64,000 bases of DNA from Methanotrichaceae archaeon (GTDB lineage: Archaea > Halobacteriota > Methanosarcinia > Methanotrichales > Methanotrichaceae). The number at the start of each line of letters is the position of its first letter. Positions within the stretch are counted from its first letter, which is position 1. A model generated the notes under the pieces. The model was not told the origin of the DNA. It was given only the letters and a program-made list of their open reading frames with translations, and made no database searches. Location of the stretch: positions 25,585-89,584 of the forward strand of contig CAVWIG010000023.1 of the NCBI GenBank assembly GCA_963754945.1. The letters are read 5' to 3'. A program made the translations under genes and the position numbers. Below are positions 41,779 to 53,198 of the stretch, piece by piece.

Positions 41779-43764
41779 TTGGCTGAGCAAAAAGCAACGA
41801 CATCTGTTCTATACGAGGAGACTAGGGTATTTGAGCCACCTCAGGACCTAGTAGAGAACTCCAACGTCATGCAGTGGATGAAGAAGAAGGGGTTCAAGAG
41901 CGAGCGCGAGATGCGCGCCTGGACCGGCCAGAATTTCATCACATTTTGGGATGAGATGGCCAAGACCTATGCCGACTGGTTCGAGCCCTATGGCCAGACA
42001 CTCAACTGGCAGCCGCCTTATGCAAAGTGGTTCGTGGGCGGCAAGATCAATGTTGCCTACAACGCCGTTGACAGGCACGCCAAGTCCGCTAAGGCCGACA
42101 AAGTAGCTTATATATTCGTCCCTGAGCCAGTCGACCAGCCAACCCAGAAGATAACCTATGGCGATCTGGCCAAGAGGGTCAACAAATTAGCCAACGGTCT
42201 CAAGAGCCTGGGCGTTACCAAGGGCGACAGAGTAAGCATCTACATGCCCATGATCCCCGAGACGCCCATAGCCATGCTAGCCTGTGCCAAGATTGGTGCA
42301 ATCCACTCAGTAGTGTTCTCTGGGTTCTCTTCGGGCGGCTTGAACAGCCGTGTTCTTGATGCAGAGTCTAAGGTCGTAATTACCACTGACGGATTCTTCA
42401 GGCGCGGCAAGCCGCTGCCCCTCAAGCCCAACGTGGATGAAGCAACCGCCAACACACCGAGCGTCAAAAACGTTATAGTGGTCAAGAGGGCAGGCATCGA
42501 CGTGCCCATGAAGGAAGGCAAAGACGTCTGGTATCATGACCTGGTTGCCAAGCAGTCAGATGTGTGCGAATCTGAGAAGATGGACTCCGAGGATAGGCTG
42601 TTCATCCTGTACACCTCAGGCACAACCGGTAAGCCCAAGGGTATCGAGCACGTCCATGGCGGCTACTGCGTAACTCCCGCTCAGACACTGAATTGGGTCT
42701 TCGACATCAAGGACAACGATGTCTGGTGGTGCACAGCAGATGTTGGATGGATCACCGGCCACAGCTACGTTGTGTACGGCCCACTCTGTCTAGGTGCCAC
42801 ATCGATGATCTACGAGGGTTCCCCGGACTACCCCGACTTCAGCAGGTGGTTCAAGATAATTCAGGACAATAAGGTCTCCGTGCTCTACACAGCACCTACG
42901 GCTGTGCGGATGTTCATGAAGGCAGGAGATCAGTGGCCTAAGACGCACGACATCTCAAGCTTGCGCCTGCTCGGATCTGTGGGTGAACCCATTAATCCAG
43001 AGGCCTGGATATGGTACCGAAACAACTTCGGTGCTGGCAAGCTCCAGATCATGGACACCTGGTGGCAGACCGAGACCGGGTGCTTCCTTGTGTCGCCCCT
43101 GCCAATCACACCATTGAAGCCGGGCTCCCCAACCTTCCCGCTGCCTGGGTTCAACATCGATATCCTGGATGAGGATGCAAACCCAGTGGCACCAGGTTCC
43201 GGAGGCAACATCGTCAGCAACACACCATGGCCGTCCATGCTCAGGGCCTTCTACAAAGACACCGTGAGGTACCAGAAGGAATACTGGCAGATGTACTGGG
43301 ATATACGGCCCGGCACATACCTTGCAGGAGACAAAGCCACTAAGGATAAGGATGGATACTTCACCATTCAGGGCAGAATCGACGATGTGCTTAAGGTAGC
43401 AGGACACAGGATATCCAACGCAGAGGTCGAGTCCGCTCTGGTGTCTCACCCCATGGTGGCTGAGGCAGCCGTCATCGGCAAGCCTGACGAGGTCAAGGGC
43501 GAGGTAATCGTAGCCTTCGTCATCCTCAGAACCGGGAACCAGGAGACTGAGGATCTAAAGAAGGAGCTGGCCAAACACGTCCGCAAGGTCCTTGGACCAG
43601 TGGCCTATCCGGAGCAGGTGTTCTTCGTAAAGGATGTGCCCAAGACCAGGTCCGGAAAGATCATGCGCCGTGTCATCAAGGCCAAGGCCCTGGGCAACGC
43701 GACGGGCGACATCTCCGCTCTCGCCAACCCAGAGTCTGTCGACGCAATCCCGCTCATCAAGTGA
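41779..43764 (+). CDS. acs: AMP-forming acetyl-CoA synthetase 2
   Basis: Same canonical motifs; close paralog of acs-1. Confidence 0.97.
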   Translation: MAEQKATTSVLYEETRVFEPPQDLVENSNVMQWMKKKGFKSEREMRAWTGQNFITFWDEMAKTYADWFEPYGQTLNWQPPYAKWFVGGKINVAYNAVDRHAKSAKADKVAYIFVPEPVDQPTQKITYGDLAKRVNKLANGLKSLGVTKGDRVSIYMPMIPETPIAMLACAKIGAIHSVVFSGFSSGGLNSRVLDAESKVVITTDGFFRRGKPLPLKPNVDEATANTPSVKNVIVVKRAGIDVPMKEGKDVWYHDLVAKQSDVCESEKMDSEDRLFILYTSGTTGKPKGIEHVHGGYCVTPAQTLNWVFDIKDNDVWWCTADVGWITGHSYVVYGPLCLGATSMIYEGSPDYPDFSRWFKIIQDNKVSVLYTAPTAVRMFMKAGDQWPKTHDISSLRLLGSVGEPINPEAWIWYRNNFGAGKLQIMDTWWQTETGCFLVSPLPITPLKPGSPTFPLPGFNIDILDEDANPVAPGSGGNIVSNTPWPSMLRAFYKDTVRYQKEYWQMYWDIRPGTYLAGDKATKDKDGYFTIQGRIDDVLKVAGHRISNAEVESALVSHPMVAEAAVIGKPDEVKGEVIVAFVILRTGNQETEDLKKELAKHVRKVLGPVAYPEQVFFVKDVPKTRSGKIMRRVIKAKALGNATGDISALANPESVDAIPLIK

Positions 43765-44021
43765 GCGGGTATCATCTCTTTTTTCAAACGATTGTTTTTA
43801 GTCCTGGGATTTTGCTTTTTTTGCAGCGGAAGAGATGATTTTCATGTCTTGTTCGTTCTCCCTATGCTTATTAATCCTTAATTATAAAAATACCCTTAAT
43901 TTTGGGCGTAAACTGAGAATCTTTGTCTATTTTCTATTTTCTTCAAAATTTTTGGTGCATGTTGTCAAAAATCTGTATTAATCATTATTATGAAAGATCG
44001 TGAGGAATTGTATCGCGATAC

Positions 44022-44180
44022 ATTTATAAATGAACAAGTAGGTCTGGGCTCAGGGTTTCCGAAGCCTCCAGAACACATTCGGTCAAGGCTGAGTTGATAT
44101 GCATGAATTATTCATCAACATGCCTGACCATTGCTGGAGGGGGACACCCGATCTAGTCTAGATTCAAAGGAGGTATGAAA
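44022..44180 (+). promoter_or_regulatory. acs-3 promoter and long hairpin leader
   Basis: TTTATAAA box; nested stems GGGTTTCC/GGGACACCC, CCTCCAG/CTGGAGG, GGTCA.GGC/GCCTGACC, GTTGAT/ATCAAC. Confidence 0.6.
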
Positions 44181-46166
44181 TTGGCTGACACAGCAAAGAC
44201 TGCTTCTCTGCAGGAAGAAACCAGGATTTTCAACACACCACAGTGGATTGTTGAGCACTCCAACGCGTATCAGTGGATGAAGAAGAAGGGCTTCAAGAAC
44301 GAGAAGGAAATGCGTGATTGGTGCTCCACCAACTACGTAGACTTCTGGGATGAGATGGCCCAGAGCTTCGCTGATTGGTTCCAGCCCTACACCCAGGTTC
44401 TCGACGACTCCGGCAAGCCTTACTTCAAGTGGTTCACCGGCGGCAAGATCAACGTAGCCTACAACGCCGTGGACAGGCATGCCAAGTCCGCAAACAGGAA
44501 CAAGGTAGCCTACTACTTCATCGGCGAGCCTGTGGGCGATACCAGGACCATCACCTACTATGAGCTCTACAGAGAAGTCAACAAGATGGCCAATGCTCTG
44601 TTAGGAGCGGGCGTAACCAAGGGCGATAGGGTAGTCGCATATCTCCCCATGATCCCCGAGCTGCCCATCACCATGCTCGCCTGCGCTAAGATCGGAGCCA
44701 TCCACACCATAGTATTCTCCGGATTCTCCTCCGGTGGCCTGGCCAGCCGTGTAAACGACGCTGAGGCCAAGGTTGTAGTCACCGCTGATGGATTCTTCAG
44801 GCGCGGCAAGCCACTGCCACTCAAGCCCAACGTAGACGAGGCCATGAAGACCGCACCATCCGTCAAGAAGGTAGTAGTCGTCAAGAGAACCGGCGTAGCA
44901 GTCCCCATGACCGAGGGACGCGATGTCTTCTACGATGATTTCGTGAAGGGCCAGTCCGCTCAGTGCGAGACAGCCCAGCTCGACCCAGAGGACAGGCTGT
45001 TCATTCTGTACACCTCCGGAACAACCGGCAAGCCCAAGGGTATTGAGCACGCTCACGGCGGATACGCCGTTGCCCCGGCTCAGACAGCCTCCTGGGTACT
45101 GGATATCCATGCCGACGACGTCTTCTGGTGCACAGCAGACTGCGGCTGGATCACTGGCCACAGCTACGTGGTCTACGGCCCGCTCTGCCTGGGTGCCTCC
45201 AGCATTCTGTACGAGGGCTCTCCCGACTTCCCCGACCTGGGCCGCTGGTGGTCCATAATTGAGCAGTACGGCGTATCTATCCTGTACACCGCTCCCACCG
45301 CCATCAGGATGTTCATGAAGACCGGCGAGGCCTTCGTGAAGAAGTACGACCTGTCCACAATCAGGGTCCTGGCATCAGTCGGCGAGCCGTTGAACCCAGA
45401 GGCCTACATGTGGTACAGGAAGAACATAGGTGCAGACCAGGCTCCAATCATCGATACCTGGTGGCAGACTGAGACCGGATGCCACGTCATTGCCCCGTTG
45501 GTCATGACACCCGAGAAGCCCGGATCCGTATGCTTCCCGCTGCCTGGATTCAACACCGATATATTCGACGAGGACGCCAACTCCGTGCCATTGGGCTACG
45601 GCGGCAACATCGTCCAGAAGACCCCATGGCCAAGCATGCTCCGCGCCTTCTTCAGGGATACCGTCAGGTACCAGAAGGAATACTGGGAGATGTACTGGCA
45701 GACCAAGCCCGGCACATACCTCGCTGGAGACAAGGCCACCCGTGATAAGGACGGCTACTGGTGGATCCAGGGCAGAATCGACGATGTGCTGAAGGTAGCC
45801 GGACACAGGATCTCCAACGCAGAGGTTGAGTCCGCCGCTGTCAGCCACCCCAAGGTAGCTGAGGCAGCAGTCATCGGCCAGCCCGACGAGGTCAAGGGCG
45901 AGAAGATCGTCGCCTTCGTAATCCTCAGGGATGGAGTCCAGGAGTCCGACGACCTGAAGAAAGAGATATCCAAGCACGTAAGGACCGTTCTGGGTCCAGT
46001 CGCTTACCCAGACACAGTCTACTTCGTCAAGGATGTTCCAAAGACCAGGTCCGGAAAGATCATGCGCCGTGTCATCAAGGCCAAGGCCCTTGGAAAGGAG
46101 ACCGGCGACCTGTCTGCTCTGGCCAACCCAGAGTCCGTAGACAACATCCCGCGCATCAACCTGTAA
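44181..46166 (+). CDS. acs: AMP-forming acetyl-CoA synthetase 3
   Basis: Canonical motifs; strongly C-ending codon usage suggests high expression. Confidence 0.97.
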   Translation: MADTAKTASLQEETRIFNTPQWIVEHSNAYQWMKKKGFKNEKEMRDWCSTNYVDFWDEMAQSFADWFQPYTQVLDDSGKPYFKWFTGGKINVAYNAVDRHAKSANRNKVAYYFIGEPVGDTRTITYYELYREVNKMANALLGAGVTKGDRVVAYLPMIPELPITMLACAKIGAIHTIVFSGFSSGGLASRVNDAEAKVVVTADGFFRRGKPLPLKPNVDEAMKTAPSVKKVVVVKRTGVAVPMTEGRDVFYDDFVKGQSAQCETAQLDPEDRLFILYTSGTTGKPKGIEHAHGGYAVAPAQTASWVLDIHADDVFWCTADCGWITGHSYVVYGPLCLGASSILYEGSPDFPDLGRWWSIIEQYGVSILYTAPTAIRMFMKTGEAFVKKYDLSTIRVLASVGEPLNPEAYMWYRKNIGADQAPIIDTWWQTETGCHVIAPLVMTPEKPGSVCFPLPGFNTDIFDEDANSVPLGYGGNIVQKTPWPSMLRAFFRDTVRYQKEYWEMYWQTKPGTYLAGDKATRDKDGYWWIQGRIDDVLKVAGHRISNAEVESAAVSHPKVAEAAVIGQPDEVKGEKIVAFVILRDGVQESDDLKKEISKHVRTVLGPVAYPDTVYFVKDVPKTRSGKIMRRVIKAKALGKETGDLSALANPESVDNIPRINL

Positions 46167-46314
46167 GCGGATTTTCTCTCTTTTTTTTCAGTTCTCTGCC
46201 AGTAGTGTTTCTGATTTGTACGACTTTTCAATCTACGCATAAACAATCTATATTTCATCCAAAAACTATTTCGTAGGGTATGTCAATGGCCTTCTAATAT
46301 TGCGGGAGCAGGAC

Positions 46315-47880
46315 ATGGCTAAGGGAAGGGGAAACAATATCACGAATAACAAAGGCGAAGCTTTAGGCATCGAAGCCATCCTATGGGCATCTGCCGATAA
46401 GCTGCGAAACAACATGGATGCAGCCGAATACAAGCATGTAGTTTTAGGTCTCATTTTTCTCAAGTACATTTCCGATGCCTTCCAGGAAAGGCACAGCCAA
46501 TTGATCAAAGAAAAAAATCAAGGTGCTGATCCAGAAGACCCAGATGAATATCTATCGGAAAACGTCTTCTGGGTGCCGAAAGAGGCTCGTTGGTCCTATT
46601 TGAAAGCCAATGCCAGGCAGCCGAATATTGGAAAAATTGTTGACGAGGCCATGGTTGCCATTGAGATGGACAACAAATCGCTTAAAGGTGTCCTGCCAAA
46701 AGACTATGCAAGGCCTGCCTTGGATTCCCACCGCCTAGGAGATCTAATCGATCTCATCAGCGGGATTGAGATGCTGGATAAAAAGGATAAATCAAAGGAT
46801 GTCCTGGGCGATGTTTACCAGTATTTTCTGGCTCAGTTTGCATCTTCTGAAGGAAGGAAAGGCGGTCAGTTCTACACCCCTCAATGTGTAGTTCAGATAT
46901 TAGTCGAGATGCTGGCGCCATACAAAGGCCGTGTTTACGATCCCTGCTGCGGCTCCGGAGGCATGTTTGTTCAGAGCAAAAAATTCGTGAATGCTCATGA
47001 GGGTCGCAGAGACGACATCAGCATTTACGGTCAGGAGTCTAATCCTACCACCTGGAAGCTTGCCAAAATGAACCTGGCTATTCGAGGCATCGATGGGAAT
47101 CTGGGGCCTGAGCACGCAGACAGCTTCCACCGGGATCTGCACAAGGATCTGAAGGCGGACTACATCCTGGCCAATCCGCCCTTCAACAGCAGCGACTGGG
47201 GAGGCGAGCGACTAAGAGACGACGCCCGCTGGAAGTTCGGAATCCCACCGGCAGGAAATGCCAACTTCGCCTGGGTGCAGCATTTCATTTACCATTTAGC
47301 GCCGTCGGGCATTGCAGGCTTTGTCCTGGCTAACGGCTCTATGTCCTCCAACCAATCCGGCGAGGGCGAGATCCGCCGGGCAATAATCGAGGCCGATCTG
47401 GTAGACTGCATGGTAGCTCTTCCGGGGCAGCTCTTCTATTCGACGCAGATTCCGGCGTGTTTATGGTTTTTGGCCCGTGACAGGAAGAACAGCAGATTCA
47501 GAGACCGACGGGGCCAGACGCTCTTCATCGATGCCCGGAAGATGGGTTTTTTGATCGATAGAGTGCACCGGGATCTGATGCCTGAGGAGATTGCCAGGAT
47601 CACCGGCGTCTATCATGCCTGGCGAGGCGATGCGAATGCAGATCAGTATGAGGATGTGCCGGGATTCTGCAAGAGCGCAACAATTGAGGAGATCAGGAAG
47701 AACGGTTGTGTGCTCACGCCTGGCCGCTATGTCGGCGCTGAGGCCTTGGAGGAGGATGGCGAGCCCTTCGAGGAAAAGATGCAGAGGCTGACGGTAAAGC
47801 TTGGCGAGCAGTTCCAAGAGTCGGCGCGGCTGGAGCAGGAGATTCGGGCCAACCTGATGGGGCTAGGGTATGAGATCTGA
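46315..47880 (+). CDS. hsdM: Type I restriction-modification methyltransferase subunit M
   Basis: [42 protein letters not shown]. Confidence 0.95.
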   Translation: MAKGRGNNITNNKGEALGIEAILWASADKLRNNMDAAEYKHVVLGLIFLKYISDAFQERHSQLIKEKNQGADPEDPDEYLSENVFWVPKEARWSYLKANARQPNIGKIVDEAMVAIEMDNKSLKGVLPKDYARPALDSHRLGDLIDLISGIEMLDKKDKSKDVLGDVYQYFLAQFASSEGRKGGQFYTPQCVVQILVEMLAPYKGRVYDPCCGSGGMFVQSKKFVNAHEGRRDDISIYGQESNPTTWKLAKMNLAIRGIDGNLGPEHADSFHRDLHKDLKADYILANPPFNSSDWGGERLRDDARWKFGIPPAGNANFAWVQHFIYHLAPSGIAGFVLANGSMSSNQSGEGEIRRAIIEADLVDCMVALPGQLFYSTQIPACLWFLARDRKNSRFRDRRGQTLFIDARKMGFLIDRVHRDLMPEEIARITGVYHAWRGDANADQYEDVPGFCKSATIEEIRKNGCVLTPGRYVGAEALEEDGEPFEEKMQRLTVKLGEQFQESARLEQEIRANLMGLGYEI

Positions 47881-48199
47881 GAAAGATGTAAACTCTCAGG
47901 AAAGCGGCTTGGGCATCAAAGACATCTTGCTATCCAAAAGAGAGGAGATTTTGCGGATCGCAGCAAGGCACGGCGCCCGCAACATTCGCATCTTTGGCTC
48001 AGTTGCTCGGGGGGAAGCGGGCGAGAATAGCGATGTAGATTTGCTGGTCGAGCTTGAGCAGGGCCGAAGCCTCCTGGATCAGGCGGGGCTGATGGTGGAA
48101 CTGGAAGACCTCCTGGGACGAAAGGTGGATGTGGTTACCGAACAGGGCCTCTACTGGCTGCTCCGGCGGCGAATCCTGAAGGAGGCCAGGCCGCTGTGA
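47870..48199 (+). CDS. Minimal nucleotidyltransferase (MNT) antitoxin
   Basis: FGSVARGE...SDVDLLV...[10 protein letters not shown]. Confidence 0.9.
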   Translation: MRSEKDVNSQESGLGIKDILLSKREEILRIAARHGARNIRIFGSVARGEAGENSDVDLLVELEQGRSLLDQAGLMVELEDLLGRKVDVVTEQGLYWLLRRRILKEARPL

Positions 48200-48582
48200 G
48201 CAAAGACCCTCGCGTCTACCTCGCTCATATCATGGAGTGCATCCAAAAGATTGAGCGCTTCACAGAGGGCGGAAAAGATCGTTTTCTTCAGGATGAATTG
48301 ATTCAAGATGCAGTGTTGAGGAACTTTGAGGTCATCGGCGAAGCAGCCAAGCGGCTGGACGATGTCTACCGCGCTGCCCACCCGGAGATCCAATGGCGCG
48401 CCATAGCCGGTTTGCGGGATGTTCTTATCCACCAGTACGAAGAGGTAGACCTTATTAAGGTCTGGGCTATCGTGGAAAAAGACCTCCCTGGCCTCAGGCA
48501 GTCCATCGCCGACCTGCTCCCACCCTTAGAGCAGCTTGAGCGCGAACTCGCAGGCGAGGAAGAGGCCACGGAGGAGCGGTGA
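48196..48582 (+). CDS. HEPN/DUF86 RNase toxin
   Basis: QDAV.RNFEVIGEA and RDVLIHQY (Rx4H); overlaps the MNT gene. Confidence 0.9.
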   Translation: MSKDPRVYLAHIMECIQKIERFTEGGKDRFLQDELIQDAVLRNFEVIGEAAKRLDDVYRAAHPEIQWRAIAGLRDVLIHQYEEVDLIKVWAIVEKDLPGLRQSIADLLPPLEQLERELAGEEEATEER

Positions 48583-48637
48583 GCTATCAGATCTGTGCTG
48601 GCCAGCAGCTTGCTGGACAAATGCCCTGGTGGAGGGC

Positions 48638-49684
48638 ATGAAATCGGAGGGGCGCTTGGTGGAACTGCCTGCTGGCTATGCAGCGGTTCTGGCGGAATTG
48701 AAGGATCAGATCAGAAGCGCAAGGATAAAGGCGGCGCTGGCGGTAAACCGCGAACTTATTCTCTTGTACTGGAGAATCGGGAGGCAGATATTAAGGCAGC
48801 AGCAGGAAGAGGGATGGGGCTCCAAGGTTATTGACCGACTGTCTCTGGATCTCCGACGGGAGTTTCCGGAGATAAAGGGCTTGTCATCCCGGAATCTAAA
48901 GTACATGAGGGCATTTTCCGAGTCCTACCCCGATGAGTCAATTGTGCAGCAGCTTGCTGCACAAATACCCTGGTTTCATAATTGCGTCCTTCTCGACAAG
49001 GTGAAACGACCAGAGGAACGCATCTGGTATATTCGCCAGAGTATCTCTCAGGGATGGAGCAGGAACGTGCTGGCTCACCAGATTGAGAGCGGCCTGTATG
49101 AGCGGCAAGGGCGGGCGGTGGTAAACTTCGACCGGACGCTGCCTGCTCCGCAGTCTGATCTGGCAAGGCAAATTCTCAAAGATCCATACAACTTCGATTT
49201 CCTGACTATTGGCAAGGAAGCGCAGGAGCGAGACCTGGAAACGGCACTGCTAAGTCATTTGCAGGAATTTCTGCTTGAACTTGGCGTGGGATTCGCCTTC
49301 GTGGGAAGCCAGTATCACCTGGAGGTTGGAGGCCAGGACTTCTATATCGATCTTCTATTTTATCATCTGAATCTGCGCTGCTATGTGGTTATCGACCTGA
49401 AGATCTCTGATTTTCAGCCTGAGTTTGCGGGCAAAATGAACTTCTATCTCTCAGCGGTGGACGACCTCTTGAAGCGTGCTGAGGATGGGCCATCGATTGG
49501 GATCGTACTCTGCAAGGGGAAGAACCGGGTAATCGTCGAGTATGCATTGAGGGACACCAATAAACCAATGGGTGTAGCTGATTATCAGCTCTCTGCGGCG
49601 CTGCCCGAGAATCTCAGAGGGAGTTTGCCTACTATTGAAGAGCTGGAAGCGGAGCTGGAAGAAGCTGGTGGAGAAAAGAAATGA
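48638..49684 (+). CDS. YhcG/DUF1016 PD-(D/E)XK nuclease family protein
   Basis: VNREL..LYW.IG, KDPYNFDFL, FLLELG.GFAFVG, IDLLFYH, GKMNFYL. Confidence 0.92.
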   Translation: MKSEGRLVELPAGYAAVLAELKDQIRSARIKAALAVNRELILLYWRIGRQILRQQQEEGWGSKVIDRLSLDLRREFPEIKGLSSRNLKYMRAFSESYPDESIVQQLAAQIPWFHNCVLLDKVKRPEERIWYIRQSISQGWSRNVLAHQIESGLYERQGRAVVNFDRTLPAPQSDLARQILKDPYNFDFLTIGKEAQERDLETALLSHLQEFLLELGVGFAFVGSQYHLEVGGQDFYIDLLFYHLNLRCYVVIDLKISDFQPEFAGKMNFYLSAVDDLLKRAEDGPSIGIVLCKGKNRVIVEYALRDTNKPMGVADYQLSAALPENLRGSLPTIEELEAELEEAGGEKK

Positions 49685-49871
49685 GCGAACGGACCAAACG
49701 GGGGCTTTTATACTGAATATTTCGTCAAATAGCAGGACAAAATATGGAAGCTATGAAGCAAAACGACGACGGGTCCCCAATCCTAGCTGCAATCCGAAAT
49801 GTTTTGCTGCCGAGGCTACTGTTGGGTGAGAACCAGATTAAAATGTTGCGAAGATACAAAGAGGCCGTTTA

Positions 49872-51845
49872 ATGGACATTATTTTTCAATATCCACCAGA
49901 TTTGATGAACCTTCTGATTGATACAATTCCGCGCATTTGTCGATCAAAGAATGATGTTTTGCTTTTCTTCAAAGGCGCTGAAGTAAATCCCCTACTAACA
50001 AATGACCTTGCAGTTCAATTAAGAATGGACAAGGCCAGTATCAACAAATATGATATTGCCCGCACTGTGCTGACCAGGCTCAATGAAAAAGGAGAAGCGA
50101 CCCTAAGGGAACGGCGAGAAGTATTAAAGCGCATTACCGAGTTTGAAGATTTCTCAACCTGCTGGCCAAAAGACCAATTAGTAGCAAAAGGATTTGTTGG
50201 GGAGATCAGGCGAGTAATCAACGTCAAAGATTCATTTACACGGATGAATCAGGAACGTGAAACAGAACAAAAAAACCGTCTCGCAGAGCAACAAGTAAAG
50301 ATTGTTGAGGTTCAGATACGAAAAACATGCTGTGTCGCATGATTATTATAGTATTATTTCGTTATTCAAGAATTCATAATTTATTTTAACTAATTACTTA
50401 TATGCTCCTAAGTATATCATACAAAATGAATGCTCTTTTAATCTCGGCGACCATTCCTTCTGGTGAAGATGCCCGAACCGTCTCACCAAAGATACGCTTG
50501 ATCGATGAGAAGAAGCCTTCAACTGCCCACCTTCTACCGTACTGATGCATTTGCTTCCAACCCTTGTAGCCCATTTTTTTGAATTCCAGAACAGCTGTTG
50601 ACCTGGCTGATGCATCTTTGCCTACTATCGCGTTCTCTCTGATCTTAATCCCTGGACAATCTACACCTTTCGATTTCATAAATTCAAATGCGTCGTTTGT
50701 GTCATATGCGCCATCCATCAACCCCTCCTCAATATTGACGTCTTTCAACAAAGGGCGCAAAACCTCGCTATCCGAGGTGTCTTCTTCTGTAACTTCCATA
50801 GACAATAATCTCTTTGATTCAACGTCGACTGCCACATGAACTTTAAGCCATCCTCGCCGCTGCTTTCCGTGTTTCTCGCGCATCCAATCCCCTCTATTTG
50901 TTACCTTTATCCCAGTTGAATCAACTGCAACAACAGCGTCGTTCTCTGGTATCTCTATTCCAAGATCTTGCTTAGAGATTCGCTTATGGAGGGTGGTATA
51001 ATCTGCCGCCACCAATCCTGGTTCATAGGTCGAAAGTCGTCCAAAGAATCCTTCAAGTTGACGATATGGCATTCGAAAAAAAGAGTATATTATTGATGCA
51101 AAAGTTATAAAAGTGTTAGGTATTTGTATGGAGCGCCTGTTTTCTTTCTATTCATTTCTCTTAATTCCCAACTCCAGTTCTTCACACAACTCAAATCGAG
51201 ATAGAATTCGCCTCTTCGAACAAGTTGGGCATTATATTCTGGCCAGTCTCTATTATCAACATAGTTCATGACACAATATTTATATTTAAACTATTTAAGC
51301 TTAATCGACACAGCAGAAAAACAAAGTTGTCTACTGTCAGAAGAGACATTTTTGCTTTATTCGGGGAAATCAACAGTCAAAAACGTGGTAAGGCTCTTGA
51401 AGGCATCCTTAATCGACTTTTCGAAGCTGGTGGAATCCTTGTTCGTGAAGCATTTACTTTAAAGGGATCTCATGGAGAAGGAATAGTTGAACAGATTGAT
51501 GGTGTAGTTGAAATCGAAGGCGCGTTATACCTTGTTGAAGTGAAGTGGTGGAATGAGCCCCTGGGAGTTGGCGAAGTCTCCCATCACCTTGTAAGACTCT
51601 TCAATCGTGGACAAGCTCGTGGAATTATTATTTCAGAATCAGGTTATACTGAACCAGCTATAACCACATGCAAAGAGGCGCTTAGTTCGATCGTGGTAGT
51701 TCTCTGCAAATTAGAAGAAATTGTGCTACTTTTAGAACAAGAGAAAGATCTAAGAGCTTTTCTCAAAGCAAAGATTAATGCTGCAGTCGTGGATAAAAAT
51801 CCAATGTACGAACCATTTAAGGATTTGGGAAAAGGCACATCATGA
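49872..51845 (+). pseudogene. Mrr-like restriction endonuclease interrupted by an IS5 element
   Basis: Removing 50328-51323 restores ...VQIRKT-KLSTVRRDIF...; the C-terminal half has RGKALE..L..LF, EQIDG and LVEVKWW motifs. Confidence 0.85.
50328..51315 (-). mobile_element. IS5-family element (IS903/ISH1-like), copy 1
   Basis: TIRs TGCTGTGTCG/CGACACAGCA; TSD GAAAAACA at 50320-50327 and 51316-51323; VDSTGIK, MDGAYD and RWAVE motifs. Confidence 0.95.
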
Positions 51846-52834
51846 GCCATGTTAAGAATCTCGGAAATAGCATTAAAATACCAATTAAGCCTGATGAAGA
51901 GGGCTATATCGGTCGTGAATGCCCGAATCCAGAATGTGAGGGGTACTTCAAGATTACTCCTGGAACTGGCCTGCATAACATCACTTCTTGTTATTGTCCA
52001 TACTGCGGACATTTTGCAGAACAGAAATCATTTTGGACAAAGGATCAAATCGAATACGTAAAGTCATATGCGCTAAGTAAGATTATGGATGCAGTCCGCA
52101 AGGATATGAAGGAGTTAGAATTTGATATTAAACCAAAAGGACCTTTTGGTATAGGCTTTAGCATGAAATTTAAGGAAGGCAGCCCGGTTCCGGTTCGTTG
52201 TTACCGAGAGAAAGAGCTAGAGACAAAAATAATTTGTGATAATTGTACATTACGCTATGCAATTTATGGCGTCTTTGCCTTTTGCCCTGACTGCGGCACA
52301 CATAACTCAAAACAAATTTTGTATAAAAATCTTGAATTGGCAGAAAAAGAGATCGCATTGGCTTTAAATCTGGAATTAGAGCTTGCTGACCATCTTATTG
52401 CTGACGCTCTAGAAAACGCAGTTTCATCATTTGATGGATCTGGCCGTGAAGCGTGCAAAACACATGCTTCCATTTCTTCCAATCCAGACAAAGCCAAAAA
52501 GGTGTCATTTCAGAACCTATTTAGGGCACGCCAGAAAGTTCAAGAATTTTTTAGTTTTGATCTGGCATTGGGAATAGTGCCAAAAGATTGGGATTTTGCC
52601 TTTAAATGCTTTCAGAAACGCCACCTTTTGGCCCACAAAATGGGCGTAATAGATGAGGAATATGTTATTGCGACCAATGACCCAGAGGCAGTTGTTGGTA
52701 GGAAAGTTTCAATTAAACCAAAGGAAGTTATATCTCTTATTGAAGTCCTCAAAAAGATGGGTTCATATTTCGTGATGCAGCTTTCAGACCGTTCATCTTC
52801 GATCAACTCTAGCGAAGATAGAATGCATGAATGA
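51842..52834 (+). CDS. Zinc-ribbon plus HEPN-like domain protein
   Basis: Four Cys pairs (CPNPEC, CPYC, CDNC, CPDC) and C-terminal RHLLAH (Rx4H); ATGA overlap with the nuclease gene. Confidence 0.75.
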   Translation: MSHVKNLGNSIKIPIKPDEEGYIGRECPNPECEGYFKITPGTGLHNITSCYCPYCGHFAEQKSFWTKDQIEYVKSYALSKIMDAVRKDMKELEFDIKPKGPFGIGFSMKFKEGSPVPVRCYREKELETKIICDNCTLRYAIYGVFAFCPDCGTHNSKQILYKNLELAEKEIALALNLELELADHLIADALENAVSSFDGSGREACKTHASISSNPDKAKKVSFQNLFRARQKVQEFFSFDLALGIVPKDWDFAFKCFQKRHLLAHKMGVIDEEYVIATNDPEAVVGRKVSIKPKEVISLIEVLKKMGSYFVMQLSDRSSSINSSEDRMHE

Positions 52835-52898
52835 GACGAGGATCGTTGAGTCCCTAGTTGGGGAGGTCACGCTACCTTGGTACGATCCATATTTCTAG
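52827..52898 (+). pseudogene. Possible relic of an hsdR N-terminus
   Basis: MNETRIVESLVGEVTLPWY resembles the 'ES.VE...L.W' start of HsdR; sits at the end of the hsdM island. Confidence 0.3.
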
Positions 52899-53059
52899 AG
52901 AACGCTTGTTTTCCTCATGATTCAGTTTTCCGACTCTAATTTGCGCTCATTGCTTCAACAAAGATCTTTATCGATATTTCTAGCCAAAATCTATTAATAA
53001 AGAACATTAACAACAAAATGATCTTAAATCGAAATCATAATCATAAATGGAGCGCGACA

Positions 53060-53198
53060 AATTTTATATCCATTGATATCATTGGTAAAACATAGTTTAC
53101 AAGGCATCGAAGAATTTAATCAATTTGATATGGTAAAATGACGTTCATTAAACATTTCGATGCCTTAGAAAAATGCATAAAAATTAAGGCGATTCAAA
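53060..53198 (+). promoter_or_regulatory. acs-4 promoter and hairpin leader
   Basis: TTTTATAT box near 53062; perfect 11-bp stem AAGGCATCGAA(53101-53111)/TTCGATGCCTT(53156-53166) with inner TTTAAT/ATTAAA. Confidence 0.55.

Noticed and set aside
39426-46166. Tandem acs array as a novelty in itself
   Set aside because: Tandem acs paralogs are an established Methanothrix feature; only the leaders, the variant paralog and the inserted island are flagged.
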